Positions 1 through 12,252 are shown, counted from the first letter of the stretch. The stretch: 64,000 nucleotides of DNA from Auanema rhodensis (GCA_964057225.1 OZ059896.1:6696001-6760000); one strand, 5' to 3'. Program-made: numbers and translations. The notes: a model not told the origin generated them from the sequence alone.

Positions 1-1499
1 AGTTTCAATTAAACATACACAACAGTAGAAGACAGTCGAATAGTCGTTTGAATAGTTGAACGAGTAATGAGTGACAGACAAATGATTGACCGGAAAAGGT
101 AAACAGGCTGCCAATCTGTATAGGATAAGCTTGTAGCTTATCTACGAGAAAATAAAAATTTAGTGAAGCGAAATGATGAACAAACAGAATTTGATGTCAT
201 TTTGAGCTTAATAACTTTGTTAATTATAATAATAATAATATATAATTAATGATTAATAAGTTTAAAAAAAGAAGAAGAAAAAGAAGAATATATAAAATAA
301 AAATAAAAACAAATTAAAAAAATATAAATATATACGTATACGTATATTTATATCTGTTTTTGGCATTTAAAAAGAAAAGAAAAAGATTTGGTTCTATATG
401 GATATGAAAGATTTTGCAAAAAAAAAAAAAGAAGAGATGAATCATCTGAGGAAAGCAGGCATAGAGCCCATATCTGGCTGAGAAAATGTACAGAGGAATA
501 TGAAAAAAAAGGTTTGTGATGACGATAGAATGAAAGAAAAGAATAAAAGTTTTATAAATAATATAAGAAACAAAGATAAAAATAATGTTTATGTAAGTTA
601 GTATTGAAATATGAATTAGAAAGTAATGGGTGAGGTGTGTGAGATAGAAAAGGTGGGGGAGGAGAGGAGAGTGGTGGAAGAGTAAAGGAAGTCTGAAGGT
701 TGTAAGGTTCATTTCCTAAATAGGTAGTTGCTGCTGAATCTCTATTGAATATACTAAATGGTTGCTAGACTATTAGGTGTTTAAACTAGGAAATATGTAT
801 ATATATATATTTATAAGAAATATATAAATATAGTAGAATATAGTTAAATATAACATATAAAATTATTAATAATATAGTTAAAATATTTTATTTTAAAAGA
901 AAATTATAATAAATGTTGTGTATATGTATATGTATATACATAATTTTAGATTTAAACCTTTAAGGTCTATAATATATAATGTATAATAGTATATAGATAT
1001 AAGTATTGACCTAAACAATCTATTATTATATATAAAATTATAATAATAATAATAGTATATATGCTTTATCTATAACTATTTTATTTATTTATAACAAATT
1101 TTAAAACAAATATATATTGTTGAAGAAAGTCCAAGTTTAGAGATCTATAAGAGATAAATGTCGATTAAGAGAAATGGATGTAAGAGGTAGATGAAACGAA
1201 CATACTCTCATGTACGAGTCCCTTGGGATGAATATAGTTCACATCACATTGAAAAAAGAGAAATACGAAGACAAAAGAGCTTTAAAGAAATGAGAAAATG
1301 GCTTTTATGGATAAGAATTTCAAAATGCAAGTGAAAACTATCTGGTATTGTAGTATATTGAAGGAGAAAAATCATACATTTACAATTTTTAATGACAAGA
1401 TAAATGAGACTAAAGGTCTAAAACTATTTGAAAATAACAAAAATTGAGAAAGAAAATGGTTTCAAAGATAGAAGATAAATCCTAAAAAAAGTTAGTGAA

Positions 1500-1530
<31 letters not shown>

Positions 1531-3553
1531 CAACAGAGAGAGATGAAGAAGAGTTACAGGAGAAGCCATATGAGAGAAAGTAATATTAAAATATGATGTA
1601 AATATGGTTCGTGATACAAGCTGCTTATACTATGAATATTTTATTATAATAAATAACTTTTTCTTCCTTTTGAAATGTTTCGATAAAAGAATAGAAAGTT
1701 GTAGATGCTCAGTGCTCAACATGTATATCTGATTTCAGCTGTATAATCTCGATCCACTATCTGGTAAACGAATGAAATTGTCAGAAATTTATCTTAAATT
1801 TACTAATTACAATAGAAATGAAGTCAAAGAAGAAGCCTAGGAATTTATAAAAATTTTGGTTGGAAAAATGAATATTTACATGGAAAATGAAGAGAAGCAT
1901 TAGATGATGAATGTTGCAACATACATGCACATACACATAGTAAACCAACGTCAATTGTTCAATTGTCTTCAGAAATCTAAGAAACATTGATGAAACTGGA
2001 GAAGAAAAAAAAATTATGAGAAAATATGAAAAGAATATAAGAGGGTATTAGAGAGTAATTTACATATATAGATAGATAGCAATAACCTCAGCAAGATGCA
2101 ACATCATTCTGAAATCTGTCCTTCTATCTAACAGCTTATATGACCAGAAAATGAGGGAAATTGATGGAAATATGATGATTACAAGCCAGTTTTATATGTA
2201 AATTTGGTTATGGATTAGTATATATATACCTGAGAATATGTCTTGATATATACAGAGTTATAAGAATCTTTTTTCAAGTGGATAAAGGAGATACATATGT
2301 ATGTATGTATACTAACTATATGAGGGCAGCTGTCACTTGTTAGCACTTACATATACATACATAGATACATATATCCAAGAACATGAGAATGATGTTGTAT
2401 GTGATGCTGTGAAGAAGAGAGAGAGAGAGAGAGAGAAAAACAACATAGAAGGGAGGGCCAGAAAGAGCATAAGAGAGAAAGTGGCAAAAAGGCTGGATGA
2501 CTTGACTACAGACGGGAGGTCCTAGTTCATCCAGCTAAAGGTCACCTTCCAGTACAATAAGCATTTATAAAAAAAATTTAGAAGCTTATATCTAATAAAT
2601 CAGATGAATCATATAAACAATTGAATATTTAACTATTTATTGTATGTAAAATAAGGAAGTAAATAGAGAAATAAAGATAAATTTATGAAAATTATATAAT
2701 TATTTATAAATTTCAATTATATAATAGAATAAAAATAATTTTTTAAAACAATATTTCAATAAATTAAATTGAAAAAAAATATAAAAAGAATGACATTCAG
2801 AACAATCAGGTAAAAAAAAGCAGAAATTGACATGATCGAAGACAGGTGCAACAGAAATAATTATGATTAAATCATTTCAAGATGAGAATAATCGTCGGCT
2901 TATATTAGAAAATAAGAGACAGACATTATAACTTTAATTATTTCTATAAGACAGATGATAGATTTAGACGATATTAGAAGACAAAAAAAAATACAAAATT
3001 ACAGATTAATTATAATAAAGTAATATTAGTTAATAGATAAAAAGAAATAAACATATCTTTTTTTATAAAATTCATTTTAAAATTCAAAAAAAAAGAAATA
3101 TTTTTTAAAAATAAAAAATTTAAATAAATTGAAAATGAATAATTTGTTTTATAAATTTGAGAAAATATTATTATATACCGACAATTTCATATGCAAATAG
3201 AATATGAATGAATTCATACAGCCTTTTCACTTCTTCATTTCTTTAATTTTCAATCGAAATACGATCCAATCTACTTGGACATCTTATGTTCAATTTTTTC
3301 TTTTTGTCATTGTTATTCAAGCGTAAGACAATTTTTTTGTTTCTGATGTGAGAGCATTTGAAAGTTTCAAAAATGCTGTAAACTAAGAAACTTTCTATGC
3401 AATTTATAGAATTAAAAATATTTTAAAACAAATAAATAATTCGTAAGAATTGAATAAAGAATTTACAGGAAAAAATTAAATTCTTATAAATTGGCTAAGA
3501 TATTTTTGAAAATTATTAAAACACAATATAAGTTATAAAATAATATATTTATA

Positions 3554-3588
<35 letters not shown>

Positions 3589-3971
3589 ATTATATTTAAA
3601 AGAATTATAAAATAGTTTTAAATTTAAAATGAAAAGAATTCAATATAATAAAAGAGATTTACATAATTTCTTGAGGGTATTTAGATATAGTAAAGAATGG
3701 AAAATGAAACAAAAGCTTAAATCATGAATTAGTAATAGAACATACGTAACCTGTGAAACAAGAATTGACCTAGAACCAGCTAATTAGAAATAGTATATGA
3801 ATTGATGAGATATTAGAGAAAATATAGTGAGCAAGTGAGCAAGAAGAAGAACCTTCTATACATATGGATGAATAGTTGATTAACATCTAACATATGTATA
3901 TACGTACATACATATGTATAGTATAATATAGTATTATACTATATGTATATAGTATATACATATATAATATA

Positions 3972-4127
3972 TATATAAACAAATTTGTATTATTATTTTG
4001 AAATAAATCAAAATAGAAAATGATTAAAAGAAAATTTAAAAGTTGATTTAGAATATATATATGTATATATAATTTATTTTTATTATAAAATATTTTTTTT
4101 ATGAAAAATATAATAAAATATTTTATT
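3972..4127 (+). repeat. Left copy of a ~155-bp direct duplication flanking the 4128-6260 insertion
   Basis: tatataaacaaatttgtattattattttgaaataaatcaaaatagaaaatgattaaaagaaaa...ataataaaatattt recurs at 6261-6417 with only a few differences. Confidence 0.9.
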
Positions 4128-4147
4128 TCAGTCCGACCTTTTTTTTC

Positions 4148-4697
4148 AGGTCCATGGTTGAAGCTGACTGCGTAATGAGATGAAATTACAGTGAAGCAAG
4201 CCTTGAAATCACCAATTTTCTCGTAAAACAAAAACTTTTCAGATTGACGATGTTTCAAACTAAAACTGATGTAATGATAGGAGCATCATACATACCGAAT
4301 CCTCAGTTTGTTATTAGGAAAAGGTCTATCAACTCGAAACCCATGGACCTCACCAGAATTAGAATTCAAACTCAGCTGAGGTATGTTTTTAGTATCTACA
4401 ATTATAATCAAATACTCATTTTTGTTTAGAATCAAACGTCGGTGACCATTTGCAGTCAAGCAGGACAAGAATTTCAAACACAACTGATTATGTGTGATGC
4501 CGACATGGACTTTGTTGTAGTGCGTTCCGAAGTTCCACTCGTTCCTGTGGCGGCAACGATTTCTTTTCCGTGCAAATTGGAACGATACATTCTTTTGGTA
4601 ATTTTTTATCTTTGAAACAGTTTCATAATTTGCCTTTCTTTTGTAGGGTTATCCAAATGTCAGTTCGAAGTCTCAATTATCAGCAATAAATTTGTGA
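4148..4697 (+). pseudogene. Trypsin-like serine protease gene fragment (WOSP-like by inference), with segment 4148-4350 inverted
   Basis: Minus strand 4258-4148 reads LKHRQSEKFLFYEKIGDFKACFTVISSHYAVSFNHGP; plus strand continues HQN*NSNSAE | NQTSVTICSQAGQEFQTQLIMCDADMDFVVVRSEVPLVPVAATISFPCKLERYILL | GYPNVSS with GT-AG introns. His-strand, Asp (DFVVV) and LLGYP segments fit a chymotrypsin fold; no GxSG motif found; in-frame TAG present. Confidence 0.6.
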
Positions 4698-4827
4698 CCG
4701 ATTGTCTATCAATAAATGTTGTTCTTCTGTACTGTATTTTTATGGCCTTTAGATATTTTGAGTTAAAAATAAGCACATGAAAGATGAAGATTTCACAACT
4801 TTAATGAAAATTTGTGAAGAAAAGAAA

Positions 4828-5185
4828 CTAATAAAAGTTAGAGAACTTAGATGTACGAAGAAGAAATGTTGACAACTCGATGACTGATTTTTTATCTTTA
4901 TATTTTTTATCTTCTAAATATTTTTGAAGCTGTAAAGGAGGATCAAGTCCGAAGGAATCAAAGTAATAAACCTTTCCTTTATTTTTTAGAATAACAAACC
5001 CAATGAGTACCTTTACCACTAGAAGAATCTAAGTTAACCATTCCTACTTCCTTCTCTTTAATTCCTTGTGGTGGTAAAGTGTCTCGCATGAAGATACCTC
5101 TAAAATATTTGATTTCCAATACTTCGAGTAAAGCGAGGAGATCTAGATTTGTTAGCGCAGGTAGATCTTTCTCTAGCTTCATCAT
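4828..5185 (-). pseudogene. Maverick/Polinton adenain-type cysteine (maturation) protease, frameshifted and 3'-truncated
   Basis: Two overlapping ORFs join to FRGIFMRDTLP...VNLDSSSGKGTHWVCY / KGKVYYFDSFGLDPP, typical Polinton PRO motifs; frameshift in the A-run near 4982-4987; the catalytic Gln/Cys segment is missing; intronless. Confidence 0.88.
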
Positions 5186-5364
5186 TTATTCAACCTTATT
5201 TGTATTCACCGTTCCAACGCATTTTTCTCGACCATTTCGACCACTGGATTTCGACCACATTTTTAGGGTAGCGCATTTCGACCTTTTTACCATTTTTGAA
5301 AATTGTTTAAAAGGACAAATTTTCGAAGAGTTAAGATACAAAATCAATGAAGATAAGCCTCAAA

Positions 5365-5690
5365 ATGGCTCAATTGATCCGAATCAGGATGCATGGGAAG
5401 GAAGAGAACGTGGCGTTTTCTGGAAATTTCATCACCGAAAGCTCTATCAAACACCCTTTTCTTCTTCCGCCAGATGCAATAGTGAAGTTGTCGTATGAGC
5501 CCAATGGCATGCAGATTAATTGCGGGTAAGTTACATTTTGTGTTACTCTTGTCTATATTTCAATTAATTTAGGACTCCAATTACTGTGCTTTTTGCTTCC
5601 TGATGGCTGGTCGACTATGGTGTTTTTCGCCGAATCAGACAGGCACCGTCTCGACCAGCGACGCCAATGAATATCTGTGATAGTGGTCTC
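5365..5690 (+). pseudogene. Degenerate 5' exons of an unknown gene, possibly the N-terminus of the trypsin-like protease family
   Basis: MAQLIRIRMHGKEENVAFSGNFITESSIKHPFLLPPDAIVKLSYEPNGMQINCG, gtaag...tttag intron (5526-5572), then with frameshifts FLLPDGWSTMVFFAESD / APSRPATPM running into the Tc1 frame. Family link is from recollection only. Confidence 0.4.
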
Positions 5691-5696
5691 ATGATA

Positions 5697-5971
5697 TCTT
5701 TCTCCGCAAATGGAGTCAGTTCTTTGGTGCACATAAGAGGAATCATGACAAGATTCGACTATATAAAAATTCTGGAGGATTCAATGATGCCGTATGCTGA
5801 AAAAAATATCGGACAAGATTTTATTCATCAAGACGACAATGATCCGAAGCATCGCTCTCATGACGTGAAAAAGTGGTTCGAAGACAAGAGCATACAGCGA
5901 ATGGACTGGCCAAGTCGCCTCAACGCTGTCGGGCTGTGATCGAAGCAAACGGGTATGCTACAAAGTATTAG
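5697..5971 (+). pseudogene. Tc1-family DDE transposase C-terminal fragment with internal deletion
   Basis: FSANGVSSLVHIRGIM...FIHQDDNDPKHRS...DWPS then, in another frame, PQRCRAVIEANGYATKY* (Tc1 C-terminus); the SPDLNPIE block is deleted. Confidence 0.92.
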
Positions 5972-6199
5972 GAGTGTATTATTGTTTTATGAAGTATAAT
6001 TAAGTAATTTAGTTTTGGAAATTTTTTTTTAATAATTCTTGTTAGTGTTGATATGGATGTTACATTTAAAGGGCTTATGGTCAATAAAAGATTGAAAAAC
6101 AAAAAAAAAGGTTTTCGAAATTCTGAAAGTGATAATAACTTTTATATGTTCTTTTCTTATAAAGAAAATACATTATCTAGTTTTTTTCAAGTTAGTTAG

Positions 6200-6260
6200 A
6201 AAAAAATAGAATAAAAAAAACACAAATTTCAAAAAGACTATATCTTTTTGTCCGCTACTG
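6200..6260 (-). mobile_element. Tc1-like right terminal inverted repeat followed by TA
   Basis: Reverse complement reads CAGTAGCGGACAAAAAGATATAGTCTTTTTG, closely resembling the C. elegans Tc1 terminus CAGTGCTGGCCAAAAAGATATCCACTTTTG; TA at 6261-6262. No left TIR seen in the window. Confidence 0.85.
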
Positions 6261-6417
6261 TATATAAACAAATTTGTATTATTATTTTGAAATAAATCAA
6301 AATAGAAAATGATTAAAAGAAAAATTAAAAGTTAATTTAGAATATATATATATGTATATATAATTTATTTTTATTATAAAATATTTTTTTTATAAAAAAT
6401 ATAATAAAATATTTATT
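6261..6417 (+). repeat. Right copy of the ~155-bp direct duplication
   Basis: Matches 3972-4127 and begins exactly at the TA after the Tc1 end. Confidence 0.9.
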
Positions 6418-6776
6418 AAAAATACAAATAAAACAATTCCTTCATTGGTAATAATATGAGATATTCACAAACAAAAACATAAAAAAGGTTAAAAAATAAA
6501 ATAAATGTATAATATATTTATATATTATACATATAATATATAAATATTATAATAATATTACATCACAGTTTTAATTTGACAAGATTTTTCATCAGGCAAG
6601 TTTGAAATGAGAATCAAATAACATTTTAAGACAAAAAAATTTGAATAAAAAACCCGTTTGAAATGAAAGACAAGTGACTGTTTCTTTTTGCTCATAATAT
6701 ATAATCTTATACATATATATAGTTATAATAGTTATAATAATAATATTTTAATATAATTAAATGATTTCTTTTTGTT

Positions 6777-9700
6777 TTAAAAGGTTGCTGTTCCTTTAAA
6801 GAAATCTCCAAGTATTCCATTTGATAAACGACTCATCCATTGTAAATGTAATTCAACATATTCTAGATGTTTACTAATAGCACCTTTCCATTCAGGTAAA
6901 AGAGATCGAACCTTCAAATGTTTTTGTTTGAAAAAAAGTTTAAAAACAACATTCAATTCACCTGTCGAAGTTCATCTAACGTTCTAACTGAATGCAATAA
7001 TATTTTACTTGCTGGTCCAGGTATAGCTTGATTGTTTGAAAGTAACAATTCTCGTTCTTCTAATTTCAAATGAGCTATCTGATTCCATAAAGCTGATCGA
7101 AAACGTTGATTATAATGTAAGCTAAAGTCGGACTGAAATAAAATATTTTATTATTTTTCAATTTTTTAGAATAAATTGCCTGTAAGCTTAGTGCATATAC
7201 AGCAGCATTTCGTGTTGAAACTATCTGCTTTGCTGCTAAACGAGCCATTTTCTCATCACGAGCACATGCTGCAAGTTGTACTGCTGTAGACCATTGTGCT
7301 CCACGACTTTTCAATAAAGCTTCTAATAAAGCAACCTAAATATATATTATATACATATAATTATAAAATTAAAATGAAAAGAATTACCTGTTGATCTGCT
7401 TTATTAATATGTAAATAATGACATACGGCTGTAGTTTGTTTATGAACATCTTCTTGAGAAGATGTCGGGTATAATAGCCATTTTCTAGCCTAAAAGTATG
7501 ATTTTCATCATTTTTTTTTACAAAAATCAATGAAAATACCTGAATATCTTGCTGACAAGATTCTAAATTACATGCACATCGTAATTGGTATAACTTTGAT
7601 AATCTACGAAACAAATTATAAGAAAACAAAATTAAAAGTTGATTGAAAAACCTTGTTGGTTCAATAAGCCATAAAGCAGCAAGCTCTGCATCTGATTGAC
7701 TTTCAGTTAATAAGAAATCCAATTGATTAATAGCAGGAGTTAAATAAAGTAATAATGAACTACTAAGTATAGATCCTCTCCATATATCAATTGAACGATG
7801 TATAGCATCTAGTCCAATTAAAGCAACACCTAAGTCTGTTTCATGAGCCAAATATCTAAATATATTAAATAAAACTAATTATATATGAATAAATAAATAA
7901 AGAAATACCCTAATAAATAAAAATAAAGATGTGGTAGTTCAGAATTTGATAGAAATGTTTCAGAATCAACAATCAATTGCATACGTGATTTAGTCGGAAT
8001 TTCAAGATGATTTTGATGAAGCTAAACATATAAAATGTTTATTTTCAAGTTTGAAATTAATACTCACAAGTCTTGCTAACATTTTCCAATTTGTAAAATC
8101 ATAATTAACTCTATATGGATATGACCAATCAGGATTTGCTAATAAGGATTGGCTAGGCGATAGTTCAACATCCGTAAACGATAAAGTTCGGTTTTTAAGC
8201 CAAAATTGACGTACAACCTCAAATATATTCTATATAAGTATGGTTAAGTAATATTATTCTTATAATTATTAAAAAGGTTAAATATTCACAGCAGCGATCA
8301 ATCAACAACAAATCGCATTAACATACAAGCACATAGCTTACCTCTTTTTAAATATTTTTAAAAAATTATAAAGAAAAACTAATTATAGAAAGGGTTAAGG
8401 TTAAGATTTTACACAAAATTAATTTAAATAGCATAGTTATCTTAATTAAAACTTTAAAAACAAATTATACCTGTCCTTCAGTACTTTTCATTGAACCAAA
8501 CATATAACTGAATGGAATTGACCACAAATCCTTGGGTTCAGATGCTTTACGAGGCTTTCTAAGATCATCTCGATGTATTTCAACCATAGAATTGGACCAT
8601 TTAACATGTTGACGTTGAAATTGTTGTCGAATTCTCTTAAAATTATGAATAAATTATATTTAAAAAATTAATTTAATTCAACTAAAACCTTTTTCCTTTT
8701 ACGATTTTCTTTTCTTTTTTTAATTTTTTCCATCCATTGTTGAGGCATATCATCAAACATAGTAACATCAAATGATTCTTTTTCATCAGATGATCTTTTA
8801 GCTCGAAAATGATTCCAACTTTTACTAAATATTAAAATAAAATAAAAATATTTTTTATTATAAATAAACCTTATATCAGTATGTTTATCTATAAGAAATG
8901 ATTTAAAATCATGTTCACGAGCTTGTTGTTGTGAAACACGTATAGTATCACTTTCATATGTACGTCTATAAAATATTTTTTTGTTAAAATATAAAAATAA
9001 TATTGGACATACGTTATGATAACTACTGGTAAGCCTTCATTTACTAACCAACTTTCCATTATATTTGATAATCGTTCATTTTCAGCTCCATGATCAGCAT
9101 AAGCTGGAAGTGATGCCCATAGATTATCACGTGTAACAGCTCGAAAAGCATTTTTGCGTAAATATCTTTAAATAGAAGAATTTAATTAATACTATTAAGT
9201 ATGTATAGTCAATACCTTCGTACACCACTTCGAAAATCATAATCTGATACAAGATCTTTAATCATTTTCACTATTACACTCCCTTTTGTGTATAAATGTG
9301 TTGAATGAAAAGATTTTTCAACTTGACGTTCTGTTTGCATATCTTGGATTAAAGCCTTTTTCTCATATCCAGACTAAAATAAAATTTTATAAATATTTTT
9401 ATTAAAATATAATTGATGAATTAATTAAATAAGTTTTGATAAATACAAACCTGTTTTCGAACTAGACGAGTCAATTTCGTATAATATTCGTTTTCAGTCA
9501 AGCGTGGATGATCTTCATCTAGAAGATCATATACGAAATATGTAGCAAAACCTTCATTAAGCCATAATTCATTCCAATCAGACATAGTTACAAGATTTCC
9601 AAACCTAAAAATATATAAAATATAAAAAATAAAGTATAAAATCCATACCATTGATGTGCTATTTCATGTGTTATTATTTTTTCAATTTTATATTCTTCAT

Positions 9701-12252
9701 ATAAACGATCAACTGTCATATTTATATGTTCTTAATTCAAAATTTAATTATTATTTAAAATTATGTTTTTTTACCTTCCAATACTTGATCTAATAGTAAT
9801 GATTGATAATCAAATATAACTAATCCCCAATTCTCCATTCCACCTACCGGGAATGATCGAGCCGCAACAAAATCCATTTTGGGAATTGGGTATGGAACCT
9901 ATAAGCCAAATCTCAATACTCAATCCTTCATTGTAAAGAAATAATTTTAAAAATATTTAATTTTTCCTAAAAGCTTACGGAACCCGGGATGACTAAACCG
10001 TTTCCTATCCAAGTACTTAATCGGGTCCAACATTGTTTGACAGGTCTGATCAGACAGAATGGCATACTTTCAGCTTAGTATGGCCGTAAGCATAAGCTCG
10101 ATGAGCTATGCTGACTATATTGTATTATGAATAATCATACCTCTAATTCATCTTCATGTTTATCAAACATTAATGGTGAAAAATTAGCAGCAAATCTAGC
10201 AGAAAGAAAATCATCGGCATGTGTCCATATAGTAACAGGAATATTTCTATCAGTACGCATTTCAAATGGATGAAATACACCTAAATTATTTTTATTAAAT
10301 TAACTAATTATATGAAATATCAACATACCTACAGCAAAAGCTAATAAATAAATTGACATTGGTGGTGTTTCAAGAAAATAAGTTGTTATAATATCTGATG
10401 GTAAAGCAGATTCTGATGTTTCAACTGATTTTTCCATTGGTGGCATATTAGATAATACAGTATATTTAGCTTCATGTATAACACTTATATTAAATGTTGC
10501 CTTTAATATAAATATAATTATATTAAATATATATATATAAATTATATAAAAACCTTAACACCTGGTTCGTCCCATGAAGGTATGAATGATCTTGCAAGAG
10601 CTGGTTCAAATTTTGTTGTAAAAGAAAGAATTTCTGTTTTATTTCCCTTAAAATATAATTATATTTATAATAAATTTAATAAAATATTACATCATTGATA
10701 TCAGAAAAACATCGAACACCATCAGCACCTTCATCTTCACCACATATTGTTGTATTATATTCAATTATTAAGATATATCTTTAAAAATAAAATTAAAAAA
10801 TAAAATAATTATATAATTATATAAACTTACTGTCCTTTTTGAATTCTTTCTTTTAACATTAAACGAGCTATTTTCTTATTATCTTCACGTTTTAATGTTT
10901 TAGGATATATACGTTTATCTATTAATTATATTATATTATAATTTTTTATTAAAAAAAAATTATATTTTACCATTTTTATATAAACGAACTGATTTCATTT
11001 GAATTTTTGGTCCAATATGAAATAATATTTCATCATCAGTCGAATTACCAAATGATTCAAGGTATATTGTTAAATTTCCTTTTATAACCTTTTCATGTGC
11101 AAACTTTGTGATATCCAACTTGAATTTAAAATCAAATATAAGCTTTAAATATAAAAATTATACCTTTAAATTATAATGAATTGGTAATATATGTAATGGT
11201 AATGGTACTAATAATGAATCATGTAAACCATCTTCAGTTGGGGCATGTAATTCTTCCAAAAATTCATATGGCTCTAATGATGGTGGATAGACATCTTTTA
11301 ACGAAAAATTTTTTTCGACTTTCTCTAACTGAAATAAAATAAAATAATAAATATAATTAAATATATATATATATAGTAATTGATTAGTATAAATAAAATA
11401 TATGTTATATGTTAATATACAAACCGGAATAATTCGTTCTTGAATAAGATTTATCTTAGATTCATGAAACGATGATGATGTTGATGATAACATAGTTGAT
11501 GATGCTGTTGTTATGATGGTTGATGTCTTTATAATTGGTCTTGAAGTTGTTAAATGTATTTTAGTATTTGTAGACAAAGGTGGATATTCAGTAACTATTT
11601 TAGGAATGATAAGTGCATTTCGATAAGTTGTAGCTGATTGATTTGTTGTTATTATATGTGATTCAGATGTCCATATACTAGCCAAATCGAAGATTAACTA
11701 AATTAATTAAAAACTTAAAAAATACAAAGTTTAATAATATTTTAAATGAAACTTTAACTTATTAGTTTTTTTAGTAAAAACAAAAGATTTTAGATAAGCT
11801 TCATCAATAAATATTTGTTATTAAAGCATTATTAGTGTTAAAACAAAAATTAGCAGAATGTGCAAGAATCATTGTTATATGTGTTAATTTATTAATTTAA
11901 TTTTTCTTTTTCTTATATTTCTTTGAATAAACATGAACCTACAGGCTTATTATCAGCTCGTCGTCGAGCATTTTCATCTGAAATCCATTGTCCTATAAGA
12001 AATGCGAGAAAAATGGCAAGTAGAAAGATGGCATTTATCAATAAAACCAAAATACATCGACGAGCATAATCTGGTTTACGACGAGAAGCGGAGGAAAATC
12101 GAGAGCCACCTGAATCTAATAATTCGTTTTTGTCAAAATAAAACAAGATATATGATATAGACATATGTATATATTCAAGTTTTACCTGGTGTTGAGTTGA
12201 GTACTGACCTCAAAGGTTCAGATTCATCCACACAGGATTCACGAAGATGCAT
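6777..12252 (-). CDS. M1-family zinc aminopeptidase (aminopeptidase N-like), type II membrane-anchored, multi-exon
   Basis: Spliced reading: [13 protein letters not shown] start (12252), TM anchor [25 protein letters not shown], Ser/Thr stalk, [63 protein letters not shown]|[23 protein letters not shown] (HEXXH...E), LYTKG, ending KGTATF* at 6777. Confidence 0.93.
9972..10091 (-). rRNA. Diverged 5S rRNA gene or pseudogene inside aminopeptidase intron 9899-10140
   Basis: 120 nt GCTTACGGCCATACTAAGCTGAAAGTATGCCATTCTGTCTGATCAGAC...AGTACTTGGATAGGAAACGG...CCCGGGTTCCGTAAGCT is collinear with nematode 5S rRNA, has the terminal helix GCTTACGG/CCGTAAGC and ends in a TTTT run. Confidence 0.85.

Larger units (their letters stand above)
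4128..6260. mobile_element. Chimeric insertion: trypsin-like protease gene fragments + Maverick/Polinton protease + Tc1 3' part
   Basis: GC-richer than its flanks, bounded by the direct duplication, and contains three recognisable coding remnants listed separately. Confidence 0.8.

Noticed and set aside
4244-4429. Plus-strand 61-aa ORF as a real exon
   Set aside because: It is mostly the antisense of the inverted protease segment, and splicing it onward gives an immediate stop.
5079-5498. 139-aa plus-strand ORF
   Set aside because: It crosses the antisense of the Maverick protease and unrelated fragments, with no recognisable motif.
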